Assembly (NCBI RefSeq): GCF_036588685.1
Contig: NC_086382.1
Coordinates: forward strand, 56,358,001-56,422,000
DNA length: 64,000 bases
DNA from: Mytilus trossulus
Taxonomy: Eukaryota
Direction: 5' to 3'
Every line of letters begins with the position of its first letter. The stretch's first letter is position 1. The notes beneath the pieces were generated by a model. It saw only the letters and a program-made list of their open reading frames with translations, had not been told where the DNA came from and ran no database searches. Positions 1 to 11,400 of the stretch are shown in pieces. A program made the translations under genes and the position numbers.

Positions 1-51
1 TAAATTAAAAAAAAAATGCATTGCTTTTTATTTGAAGATGATTGATTTCTC

Positions 52-535
52 AGTAAAATGTAAAAAATTACCGCGGTGTCTTAAAAATGTAAAAATTACT
101 GTCGTGTCTTTAAAATAGAAAAAATAATGACGTGTCTTTAAAATGTGAAACTTACGGCGGTGTCTTTAAAATGTAAAACTTATTTGCGTGTCTTTAAAAT
201 GTAAAACTTACTTGCGTGTCTTTAAACTGTAAAACTTACTTGCGTGTCGTTAAAATGTAAAACTTAAGGCGGTGACTTTAAAATGTGAAACTTACTGCGG
301 TGTCTTTAAAATGTAAAACTTACTTGCGTGTCTTTAAAATGTAAAACTTACTTGCGTGTCTTTAAGCTGTAATACTTACTTGCGTGTCGTTAAAATGTAA
401 AACTTACTGCGTTTTTTTAAACTGTAAAACTTACTTGCGTGTCTTTATTAAAAATGTAAAACTTACTGCGGTGTCTTTAAAATGTAAAAATTACTAACGT
501 ATGTTTAAAATTTAAAACGTGTTTGCGTGTCTTTG
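52..535. repeat. 28-bp minisatellite (~17 degenerate copies, consensus taaaatgtaaaacttacttgcgtgtctt), inside intron 2 of gene B0
   Basis: GTGTC recurs at 188, 216, 244 (gtgac at 272), giving a period of 28. Two interleaved variants (acttgcgtgtc / actgcggtgtc). No spacers. Confidence 0.9.
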
Positions 536-713
536 AAATATTATTATACCATAGAAATACACGATATAGAATACATAATATAGCAAAAGAACAAATATAT
601 AAAAAAATAAAAAAATATGTAAGTTGAAAACTTATTTTTTTGTAAGTCTATTCTATGGTGCATATCTTCGTGTGTATGAAAAGAAAAAAGAAAAACTCAG
701 AGGAACTACTTAC

Positions 714-1201
714 ATATCTAGTGGTGAATAACCAGCTGGTTTATCACAGATCCAGCTCCTGTGTGGCAGACACTGGTCATACAAATACTTGTAGTTAGTA
801 CATACATCCATGGGTACGCCCGACACATAGGCAATGATGGCACAAGTCAGTAGTAGTTTTAACTAAAAAAAATATAATGATTATTTTTTATGCTGACTTT
901 TTCAGAAAGACATTTTAGATTTGTATGCCAATTGATCCTATTGCGGTTTAAACAGTAAAATTTGTGAAATACATGTACGGTATAAGGTTTGAATTAAGAA
1001 ATGATAATAATAAAAAACAAAAGCACTTTTGAAGAATTAGCACAAAAAGCGTTTTTGAAATAATAAATGTAACAGTTCTACCTAAACAGAGGGATTTATT
1101 ATTTATCAATTATTCAAAACTTTGTAAGATTTGATATTTTAATGGAAAACAATCTTTGAAATAAATGAATTCAAATATAACGAATTTCATTGACTTACCA
1201 T
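714..1201 (-). CDS. B0: 5' part of a divergent B-type secreted Cys-rich protein; remaining exons lie left of the window
   Basis: The coding part of exon 1 is only ATG (1201-1199), followed by gtaagt. Exon 2 is 862-714 (ttttag…gtaagt). Translation M|LKLLLTCAIIAYVSGVPMDVCTNYKYLYDQCLPHRSWICDKPAGYSPLD is a signal peptide plus the CxxYxxLYxQCLPxxxWICDK motif shared with B1-B4. Intron phases 0 and 2 match B1-B4. Confidence 0.85.
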
Positions 1202-1492
1202 TTTTAGCAGTGGTCACTTTAAGCAAATTTAAGACGTTTTGATATAAATGGTCAAGTGTAGTCTTTATATAGCATAAAGGTTGACAAATGGTGTCTTTCA
1301 TTTGACAATGATGATGAATTAGCTTACGTACATCACGGACAATGGCCATACTGACGTAGGTCCTTAGGTCAAACTATAACATACTGGTCAGCGATTGGTC
1401 AGTATGTATATATCCTTGTCGCCTAGATTTGTGTATATATAGAAACAAGATACTGGTGGTAAGCAGAACCTAGAAGAGACACAAGAAATAAG
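1202..1492. promoter_or_regulatory. Bidirectional promoter and 5'UTRs of the B0/A0 pair
   Basis: TATATAAAG on the minus strand (1271-1263), TTACGTA (1324), TGACGTA (1352), GCGATTGG CCAAT box (1391-1398), TATATATA on the plus strand (1434-1441), and a non-coding A0 exon ending at the donor AAG|gtaaac (1492/1493). Confidence 0.7.
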
Positions 1493-1741
1493 GTAAACTA
1501 TTCTATTCTACTTCATTTTCGACAAAGGCCAAACATTATAAAGAGTTTCAAAAAAGAGATTTATACGTTTTACTTTATCGCTTCAACTAGGGATTTAATG
1601 CAAAATTGCTTTATCAAATCAGGTTAAATATTGCACAATATAGTTAAGCAAAATAAGCCCTTTAAATTTCTAACCCACGGCTTCAGATTGCCGTCAAATC
1701 AACGTTTCATATATAAATAATGTGTTCATTATTGTTTTTAG

Positions 1742-3468
1742 ATGAAACATAGTCTATTTTTCCTTGCTGTATTACCATGTGTGTTTGGAATATTTGGAAA
1801 GAAATGTGTTGTTGATCCGATAGAAAACAGATGGCCGGACATGGGAAAGATATGTCATGATCCGTTAGAATATAATCAGTAAGTATACATTTTTAAAAAG
1901 TTGTTTATATTGTAAAATGCACGAATTCAAAATTCTACGCAAAAATCTCTAAATCGTTGCAGTTGGATATTGTCTATTCAAATTGCACTATTATTATCAA
2001 ACGGTCGTAATTTTAAGAAAAGTAAGAGATGTATTATGCTTATATGCCGAATACACTTCAAACACATAAGCACAATAATTGAACGAAACAAAACTATTTT
2101 TTTCTTATATAAGCTCGGAATATTATCTTGTCTTTTTGTTATATAGCACAGTGAATAAATGCCCTTTTTCTCTTTATTCAGTATTGCTATAGAACAGGCT
2201 ATAATAGATGATCCAGAAATCCAGATATATTTACAAGATGCCAGTAGAATATACCAACCAGCTGTTCCTTATGATGACCCTCAGTAAGTATATACCTATT
2301 CAATTTTGCATACTGTCAGATTTTTTTAAAACATAATAATTTTCATAGAGTGGTAAACCAAATGACAAATTAATATTCTGCATCCAGATTTTCAGCATAC
2401 CCTTTAGTGTTAAATCTTGAAAAAAGCAATAGATAGCGTCGAAAAACTATATATAAATGTTCACAAAAAATAGTTTGAGTCAGTAAAAAAACAACAATGA
2501 ATTAATAGATAACTGTAGTACCCTTTTTAGCAATGCTACATTTATACATCTCATACATGAATGATAAATTGATAACTTTTTGTCTTTTTAGTATCTGCCC
2601 CCTTGATATTGGAAATCCCAGTGGACCACAGATTGTAGAATGTGGCAGTATATGTCCCAGCTCTTACACTAACCTTACAACAGTTTGGTATGAGTACGAA
2701 CCAGGAAGGACAACCATGTGTAACGTTATGAGACCATGGCAGCAAATTGTTTATTATATGCAATGCGGGTAAGTGTACTATGAATGACACATTTTTGTTT
2801 AGGGGCAAGCAGATGCAGTCTCCGGGTGCTGGTTTGTTTTGTTGCATTGAAGACCCATTGGTGGCCTTTGGCTTTTTTTGCTCTTTGATTGTGTTGTTGT
2901 CTCTTTCATATATTCCCCATTTCCATTCTCAATTTAATTTACAAAATAAGTAAGGAAATACCAATGATTAAAGCAAATAAGTTTTAATACAACGACATTA
3001 CTATACATGACAGGCAAAGGTATAAATATGATGCAATAAAAATTGATATGCTAAAATATTCAGAAATTTTAAATTTAATGTGTTAGCTAAAACCTTTCTT
3101 GCAAATCTAAAAAAAAAAAATTTTTTTTAGTATAAATAATCTCTATGTCTAGAAATCTGATGTATAACAGAGTTCTTCGCAACAATGCATTTATATACAA
3201 TATTCACTTCCAGACAATAATTATATTTCTATTTCATTTTAGAACCAAATATCCACTGGTTGATGGTATGGATAACTCGTTCCAATGTGTACCAGAAGAT
3301 ATCATCAGACGTAAAATAGCTGTGTATTGTCCGAATATTGTACCACAATGTAGAAAAATGGATATTGATTTACCACAACACTGTGCTGCCAGCAAATTTC
3401 AATGTAGACAGAAAAAGGTTTCACAGCAATCAAAATTGGACAATCTTTTTGCTTCTTTTGGTTGGTAA
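1742..3468 (+). CDS. A0: 213-aa secreted Cys-rich protein with a degenerate Spaetzle-like cystine knot (divergent A-type paralogue)
   Basis: Exons 1742-1878, 2182-2283, 2592-2768 and 3243-3468 are all GT-AG, phase 2, and sum to 642 nt in frame. MKHSLFFLAVLPCVFGIFG signal peptide; …ICPSSYTNLT…CNVMRPWQQIVYYMQC…FQCVPEDIIRRKIAVYCP…LPQHCAASKFQC. AATAAA at ~3592. Confidence 0.9.
2810..2940 (-). repeat. Short interspersed repeat fragment; related copy on the plus strand at ~13198-13337
   Basis: Its reverse complement matches aaattgagaatggaaatggggaat…aaagagacaacaac…ggtcttcaatg at ~13200-13300. Confidence 0.65.
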
Positions 3469-6012
3469 CATCGATGAAGAGTGATTCGTTTTACTAGACA
3501 CATCAATCTGACTTTCATTTTAAGTTATCTGTGATTATATAATACATGTTAAAGGTTTTTGTTTAACTATTTGTTGGTACCAATATTTAATAATAAAATG
3601 TTTTAAAAAATAATGTCGTAGTCTTATATAATCCATATTATTTTTGTAATCAAACTTGTGACTTTTTGATGAGATATACAAATGCTGTAAAATACATTCA
3701 AGATAAAAAAAAAATATGGAAAATGTAAATAATAAATAAAAAAAGAAGCTCTGATATGATAACCATTTTTTTTCTCTCACATTAACGCTGACGAATGTAT
3801 ATTGTAAGACTTGTTTTTTGAATTGTAACGTATATTCAAGTTTGTAAATATACAGAACTAAATAACCCCAAGAATGTCGACCTATTAGGTGATGCGTTAT
3901 AATAAATTAGCTTTGCACCATAAGTGCATGCTAACATGGTACATATTCAATACACGAATTTGAACAGAAAGGTATTCATTCTAGAATGAAAACTTTTCGA
4001 GAGTTTTGCAAATCTAAGCCATTTTTTAAATGTCTCATTTAACATCTTGGACTATTCATAATCTTTTCTCTTCACTCTTTGCTGAACCAACATTTTTCCT
4101 GTATTATTTTGACGTACATTTCAAATTTGTTATTGTATAAATGAATAATTCATCACCGTAAACAAGTTGAGTACCTTTCGCTTTACGTTCTAACATTAAT
4201 CTTTTTTTATAATGTAACAAATTGTCACAACACATTTGTACCTTTGTTCCAAAAATAAAAAAAACAAGGTTAACATTGTGACATATTTATATGTATTAAA
4301 TTATATGTCAAGTAAAACTTGGTCTGTTGGATTACAACTCTTCTATCAAACACATTTACGTCACATCTAAAACAATCATTACAATTTCGTAGATACCGTA
4401 ACAAAATAGATATGCACTTGTTGTTCAGTGATGTCGTCCGACCTACCGTTGAGAATTGATAGGAAGTCAAATATGTCTACTATATATAAATGCAATTTTT
4501 AATGATCTTTAATGGAAGCGCTAACAACTAAAAATATAGGTAGAAAGTTATGCAGAAAGAAAAGATGTGTAAACCATCTATAAAGAAATCGAAATTGAGA
4601 GTAATATTTTGGAATCCTAGGAATCTACAAATATAGATAGCGATAATTGTAAATATGAAGAAGTCCTATCACACATCTATATTTTAGTTGAAAGAGCATA
4701 GTACAGTAGGGAAGACTGAATGTATAAAAAAATATAATTAGAGGCATAATAGAAGGAAAGTGAAACCCTGTTTTTACAAAAAAAATACCTTCGAAATAAT
4801 ATCTAGTCAAAATCCATCAACCTCCTGACGTAAATACGAGACGCTACAGTTTTGAAATGCTCCAGATTTAAGTACCAATTTTACATCAATTTTAAGCAAC
4901 TCTGACACAATGTGATTATGCGCCCACTGTATACAAATTAGAGAGGAGTACATAGTTACTGATATGACAATTACGGAAAAGTGAAGGGACCTATATTAAC
5001 AAAGAATCAGCAACATAAAATGATCAATAGATAAATAATGTGAAAAATCCAGAATTGGAGTGATCTTAAACGAAAAAGTAACAAAATACAACTGTATATA
5101 CAGATGATGATAGGATAAGAAGAATATAAAAAATGAAGTTTCAAATATGATTGCTAGTACAGCAGAAAAAAAACCCTAAAAAATCCAAAACACCCAGACG
5201 AGACCACTAGCGAAAGAGAATGGCATCAGAAAGGAAACAGAAACCACAGATACAGAAGAAATACATGAAAGTGAAATAACGGAAAACTATTAAATCATAA
5301 TTATTTGGTACAAACTGAAATGAATGAGATAAAGCAGGCAATAATTTATCATGATGCGAACAGTAGCAAAGCAATGTGAAAATATATATACATACCGAAA
5401 CGATAAAATGTAAAATGTATATAAAAAATACTGACCACAAAGGCAAATAAAAAAGGGGATGTTTATATCATTAATATATTTATTAAGAATAAAGCAACAT
5501 AATTTGGCACTCACTACCAAAACGAAAAAAAAAAGATGGACGATTTTTTACAATTCTGTATGATCTTGAATGCAGATACATGTACGTACATGTAACAAGA
5601 AAAACCTGAATTGAAAAAAAACCCCAAAAAACCCAACCTAATCACAGATAAATCAAAAAGAAGCAATATGATCAGAAAATAAAGTATAAGCTGTTTAATC
5701 GCTAAGAAAATAAGATGAGGAATCCCGATAATCTGCTTTAAAACATCTTAGAGTATAGAAAAATGGACAGAAAACGCTATTTGAGATGAAGAATACCTGT
5801 TAAATTCCATTTACACAGTCTAAATGAAAGCTTTTTAGAAAATACCGTCTAGTTGTTTAAGATACCATTATACTCATGAGGTAGCACAATACAATTTGTT
5901 TTAAATCCCAATCAGACAACTTTAAACTGATGTAATTCATTTTATCCTTCTTTGAATGTTATTAATGAGGTACCCTAAATAGTTATCAAAAGTACCAGGA
6001 TTATAATTTTAT

Positions 6013-6056
6013 ACGCCAGACGCGCGTTTCGTCTACATAAGACTCATCAGTGACGC
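6013..6056 (-). ncRNA. Minimal type I hammerhead ribozyme
   Basis: Minus strand reads GCGUCA-CUGAUGA-GUCU(uaugu)AGAC-GAAAC(gcgc)GUC^-UGGCGU: intact core, 6-bp stem I, 4-bp stem II, and a short stem III with a palindromic loop. Confidence 0.85.
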
Positions 6057-6262
6057 TCAGATCAAAATAGTTAAAAAGCCAAATAAATACAAAGTTGAAG
6101 AGCATTGAGGATCCAAAATTCCAAAAAGTTGTGCCAAATACGGCTAAGGTAATCTACTCCTGGGGTAAGAAAATTCTTAGTTTTTCGAAAAATTCAATGT
6201 TTTGTAAACAGAAAATTTATAAAAAATTACCATATGATTGATATTCATGTCAACACCGAAGT

Positions 6263-6316
6263 GCTGACTACTGGGCTGGTGATACCCTCGGGGACGAAAC
6301 GTCCACCAGCAGTGGC
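6263..6316 (+). ncRNA. Degenerate opposite-polarity hammerhead-like motif
   Basis: …cuacuggg-CUGGUGA-uacccucggggac-GAAACGUC^-caccagcagu. The core has an A-to-G change, stem II is weak, and stem III is a palindromic ACGU. Confidence 0.45.
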
Positions 6317-7062
6317 ATCGACCCCTAAGAAAGAAGAGAGACTAATCTTTCAAATTGTGATATTTCGTTATGATATAATTATTACATAATAAATTGTTAT
6401 GTACGTTATTAGTTACTATATTGTGATGTCCACACCTGAATGAACTCAGTTTCTGTGTTATTCATAGCATCCAAAAATAATTTATAGATTCTTGTACAAC
6501 ACATCTTGACCTCCAATACCGTGTCCCAAAACATCAATAAAACATATTTTATACCCAATTAAATTCAGTGATGTCTTATTAATTGAGGTTTCAAACTTCA
6601 TTGGAGGTTTATGAGAGAATGAAATAGAATAGGAAAAATCTGACACATTATTATGGAGGTCAAACTGTGTTGAACAAGAATCTTTAAAAAATAGTTTGGT
6701 TCGATACTACAATTTACTGTACTATTACTTACACAATTCTATATTAATATTAATATTCTTGTAATTGTAAATAACATAATTAAAAACCTAATCTCGATTT
6801 ACATCCAATTTTTATTAGAAGTTAACAAATTTTGTGGCGATGATACATTCGTGTGACGCACAGTTTGTAATTCTATTTTGCTGTTTTGTGTTCTCCGGAA
6901 TTATTTTAAGTATTTCTTGTTATTTTGTAGTTACCATGTCGAAATGTACTATTATATTATTCATTTATGTATTTCTGTGTCCTGAGTATTCCTGATTTAT
7001 TTCTACTGTAGTGCTGTCATGCATGCAATGTTGTTATTTTAGCGGTATATTTTACATTGTCA

Positions 7063-7345
7063 TAAAGCGCGAGGTTTGGCTAGCCACAAAACCAGGTTCA
7101 ACCCACCATGTGTATTTTTAAACTGAACTGTACCAAGCTAAGAACATGGCAGTTGTTATCTTACAGTTCGTTTCAATGTATGTTGCATTGTCGTTTTTTT
7201 TTTGTTGCACTTCAGTGTTTCTGTTGTTTCGTTGTTTTCCTCTTATAGTTGATGTGTTTCCTTAGTTTTAGTTTATAATCGGGATTTGTTTTCTCTAGAT
7301 AGATTTATTACTTTCAAACAGTGGTATACTACTGTGTCCTTTATT
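7063..7345. repeat. Uninterrupted copy of the interspersed repeat that hosts the MITE and LINE insertions downstream of the A genes
   Basis: gcgaggtttggc…aaccagg…gatttattactttcaaacagtggtatactactgt matches, in pieces, 16735-16870, ~17850-17952 and ~19914-19945. Confidence 0.65.
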
Positions 7346-7552
7346 TACTACAGGAAAACATCAATACTCAGTTTTAGTCTCCACTTTATTTATTTTGTTA
7401 CTTTAATTACCTACCAGGAATTTTTAAATAAGATGCTTACACATTTGGTAATGACACTAAAATATTGAAAGAGATCATGAGACATTACGACCTTTTGGAT
7501 TATAGCTCTTCATATTTTATATAAGCTTTGGATTTCAAATATTTGGCCACAA

Positions 7553-7596
7553 ACATCACAGAAGAGACATGTATTGTCGAAATGCGCATCTGGTGC
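7553..7596 (+). ncRNA. Hammerhead motif of a second repeat family (core U-to-A variant)
   Basis: ACAUCA-CAGAAGA-GACA(uguau)UGUC-GAAAU(gcgc)AUC^-UGGUGC has the same architecture as 6013-6056 with compensatory stem changes. Confidence 0.65.
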
Positions 7597-8498
7597 AAGA
7601 AAATTGGTACCGTTAATTTTATTACACATATTCTTCTTCATAAGACGTAAGTATAAGCATAAAAGAGAAGGACATAGGCGTGGTAATATATTGAGATCAA
7701 AACTGTATGAAAAAGTTAATAAGGTAAATAAATTTGCTGCGCTAAGGAGATCTTTTAAAATTATACACGTAAGAAACATTCCTTCCACTTTTTACACTAT
7801 TTTGTGCCATTGAGAAAATTTAGCATTGCAATTACACAAATCACATGTTGTTATTTCCTCAACAAGAATCGCTTAGAAATGTAACACGGTTAGGTGCATG
7901 TTTCTTTAATTATTTTACCTACGGTATATTTTACTAAATTAAGTACTCCAATTAAACTTACATAATTATAAACCTTATTGCCTTGTTAGTTGAAATATCA
8001 ATTAATCTGCACATAATTCTAAACCAAACCCTTTCTTTTCACCATAGCGAAATGCATATCAAACTATATCATCTAAGCCCGTTGTATACCCTCTATTCCT
8101 TTAGGACCTTCGGAATGATTTGTCATATAACTGTTCTTAACATTTCTAGCAGAGCCTCCTTATATAATAGAACGTCCTGATTCAGATCAAGGACTGCAAT
8201 TGTCATGGCAAAGCATAAAAAATACCACGAAAAGACAAACAAAGAGAATCAGCATCACAAGTCCTAATAAAACTGAGGATAGCATAAAGGGTATGCAGAT
8301 CGTGCTCCATAAGTGCGTAAAAGGTAAAATATAAGCACAAGTAACAAAAATCTTAAATATATATTTTATTCAGTATTTCTGTTGTTGTTTGTAAATAGAC
8401 ATAAACGATAAAACAATACACATACATGACGAGGATGAAATAAATTGCACATGCCCTTGTAAATGACTCGATACTGTTCTTTCATTTTAGAGAATATG

Positions 8499-11400
8499 TT
8501 AGAGAGGGAATGTATCGTCACATCCAACCTTTACACAACTACATGCTGTTGGGAGCTTCTCGGCATGAAGAGTTATTCTTCCATTATCACTGGGGCATAA
8601 CACTGCCATGGTTCTGGTGACGTAATTGGTTGGTCGGCAGTAATAATCTTTTTGTGGTGCATAATGAAATCTGCATTTTGTTGTTCTCTTATGGCTGTAA
8701 AATTAAAAGTAAGAATACATTAAAGTCAACAAATGAACGTCTTAATGAACATGATTTATATTTTTCTAGGAATATATTAAATGAGATGCATGTTACACCC
8801 AACAGATACAAATACCAAATTATACAAATACCAAATGATACAAATACCAAATGATCAAAATACCAAATGGTACTAAATGGTACTTGTTTACTTATTCTCT
8901 ATTCCTTATTTAGTGGCTTATAATTTTGAAAGACAGCAGCCAAACTCCAAACAAAGCAAACTTTTCTTCTATTTTGTTAGTTAATCATAGATTTCATTTT
9001 TTATAATTGAATGATTTGTATGAGACTAAATATGAACTCACCCTATACACTCCACTTTATTTATAGTTTGGAATCCTTGTTCGGTTAAAACGACCTCACA
9101 AATTTCATTGCCTATTTTTTTACCAGTCATTATTTGGTTAATGGATCTATAAATATGGGTCACAGGTGTGCGCACTTCTCTGCACATAGGAAACTTATGG
9201 ATCTTTGCCACTCTGAAATAAAAACATAGAAATATTTATCTTAATCATTTTGTGACAATGTGACCTTATTTTGATATAGATTCCATCACGGAATAGAAGA
9301 ATATTTTAAGACATATTAACAGATGGTTAAGTTTGAATTACTGTGAAATAATACTAGTAGTACTACAAACAGTTGAACGAAGTGATTGTTTTTTTTTTTA
9401 AAAGTACTGTGGATTCATTAATATTCGTTGGATACCAATTTTCGTGGGAACAGGAAAACCACGAATTCAAATGTCCAACGAAAAACAATTTTTTCTAAAG
9501 GAATGAGTGTAGACTTTGCCAAAACCACAAAATGAAATATCTACGAATATGTCAATTTTCCTCAAACCACGAAAATTAGTACCCACGAAAATAAATGAAT
9601 CCACAGTAAATTGATTTAATAATAACAATAATTACAGATTATAGAAAAGAAGATATAAAGTGGAATTATTAGAAGAAACACATTATTTGATCAGAGAAAA
9701 GTGTCTTACGATATATGTCTATCATTTGCTTTGATCTAAATCAAAATTAAAATGCTCATTATCAATATATAGCAAGGTAGAAAAACAAACATAAATTATA
9801 AGGTAAATAGTCTTTTATAGCTGACTATGCGATATGGGCTGTTCATTGTTGAAGGCCGTACGGTGACATATAGTTATTAATGTATGTGTCATTTTGGTCT
9901 CTTGTGGACAGTTGTCTCATTGGTGATCATACCACATCTTCTTTTTTATATATCAATAATAAAGTATAAACTTCTCAATGAGCTTATAATGCCGTACTAT
10001 TCGTTCTTTCTAAAAAAAAAAAAATTTAGTAAGTATTGATTGTATAATAATTCATTTAAAACCAAGCATTAAATGTGTTCAATATTAAAACTATCATCAT
10101 TATTTCTGCAATTTTCTTAAAAAAATAAAATATAAAATAATATGAACTCTATTTTCTGATTGTGAGTATTTATTTCATTCTAAAAACCAACCAGATAGAA
10201 AACATTGAAATGTGTTAATGCAAAAGATTTGTTTCAGCTTCAAATTGAAAAAGAGTTCATCTTTCAAAAACAACTCATTTAATGCTATACATTAAGAATG
10301 AAACAAAGCAAAACAAGCACTCTGACCGTTCCGTCTTAAGACATTTCTGAAGATAACATTATAGAGTCGTCAGTGCTTTCTTGAAATTTTCTATTTATAA
10401 AATTTATTTACCCAGTTCCTCTGAAATCATCTACTGCATTTTGTTTAGAGAATATATGGTTTGAGACACCGTTGCATTCTTTGCTGTGTTTTAAGTAACT
10501 CACAAATTTTATATCTGAGTCTTTCATTGCTTGGCGGCTGTAAGAGAGAGAGAGTTATATTTATATCTCATCAAATAGTCAATCACATCTTTAATTTCAA
10601 GATTGTGCAATAAGCTTTAGCTGTATGTAGAGATACGATGATTTACTTGGTATGAAGCGGTATGATGATTCATTTAGTATACAATGGAAGCATAATTTGA
10701 CTAATCTACTTATTTTCATATTCGTACACAATGAATGTTATGATATATATACAAAATTATGAAATATCAGAGCTAGCGAATGTTATTTTTTAAATTTGTA
10801 TTTGCATTAAGTGAAGCATGTGTGTTAACTCTAATCTTTGATCCTAACTTTTTGCACGTTTTGTTGTAACATATCACCAACCTTATCTCAGAAGTGCTGC
10901 CATTGTATTTTTAATTATTGCACAATCATGGCATTTATTTTGAGTTTACTTATTAATAACATTTTGTATGATAAGAGTACTTACATGTTATATCTAACGT
11001 AGGTTTCTGGGATCTGACTCTTATCACAAATCCATTCCTGTGGTGGGAGACATTGTTTATACAACAAGTCGTATTTCTGACAGAGTTGCCATTTATTACC
11101 CTTATGTGGATCAGGGAGAGCAGTGGCAAGCGTCACAGCTATGACAGCAATATACAGTTGAAGTGGAACCTGAGAGAATATAAATACATGTTTTAAATAA
11201 ATGTCGTACAGCTATCTTTAGTTTTATCTATTTAATGATAAGTGGAATTATATGCGTAAAGATTATCAAGCATTACTACTAATAGTTTTATATATTTAAA
11301 CAAGATAGGCTTTAATATTTTCAAATGAATGAAAAGTCATCATGCTCAAATAAACGAACCACTATAAGTTGAATATATAAAGTTGAAGTGGAACCTGATA

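Larger units (their letters stand above)
5977..6325. mobile_element. Non-autonomous retrozyme-like interspersed element carrying hammerhead motifs; second, truncated copy at ~58025-58285
   Basis: A near-identical ~260-bp copy is inserted in the unit-4 LINE. Contains CTGATGA…GAAA on the minus strand and CTGGTGA…GAAA on the plus strand. Confidence 0.75.

Noticed and set aside
52-535. CRISPR-like appearance of the 28-bp repeats
   Set aside because: The units are contiguous with no unique spacers, there are no cas genes, and the array lies in a eukaryotic intron.
4850-5960. A-rich stretch that might be an ancient retroelement
   Set aside because: No recognisable reading frame or motif by eye; it would need a translated HMM search.
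10311-10360. Possible micro-exon in B intron 3 (ttcag|aaatgtc…|gtcaga)
   Set aside because: Candidate lengths of 20 or 26 nt break the frame, and the flanking exons already join in frame.
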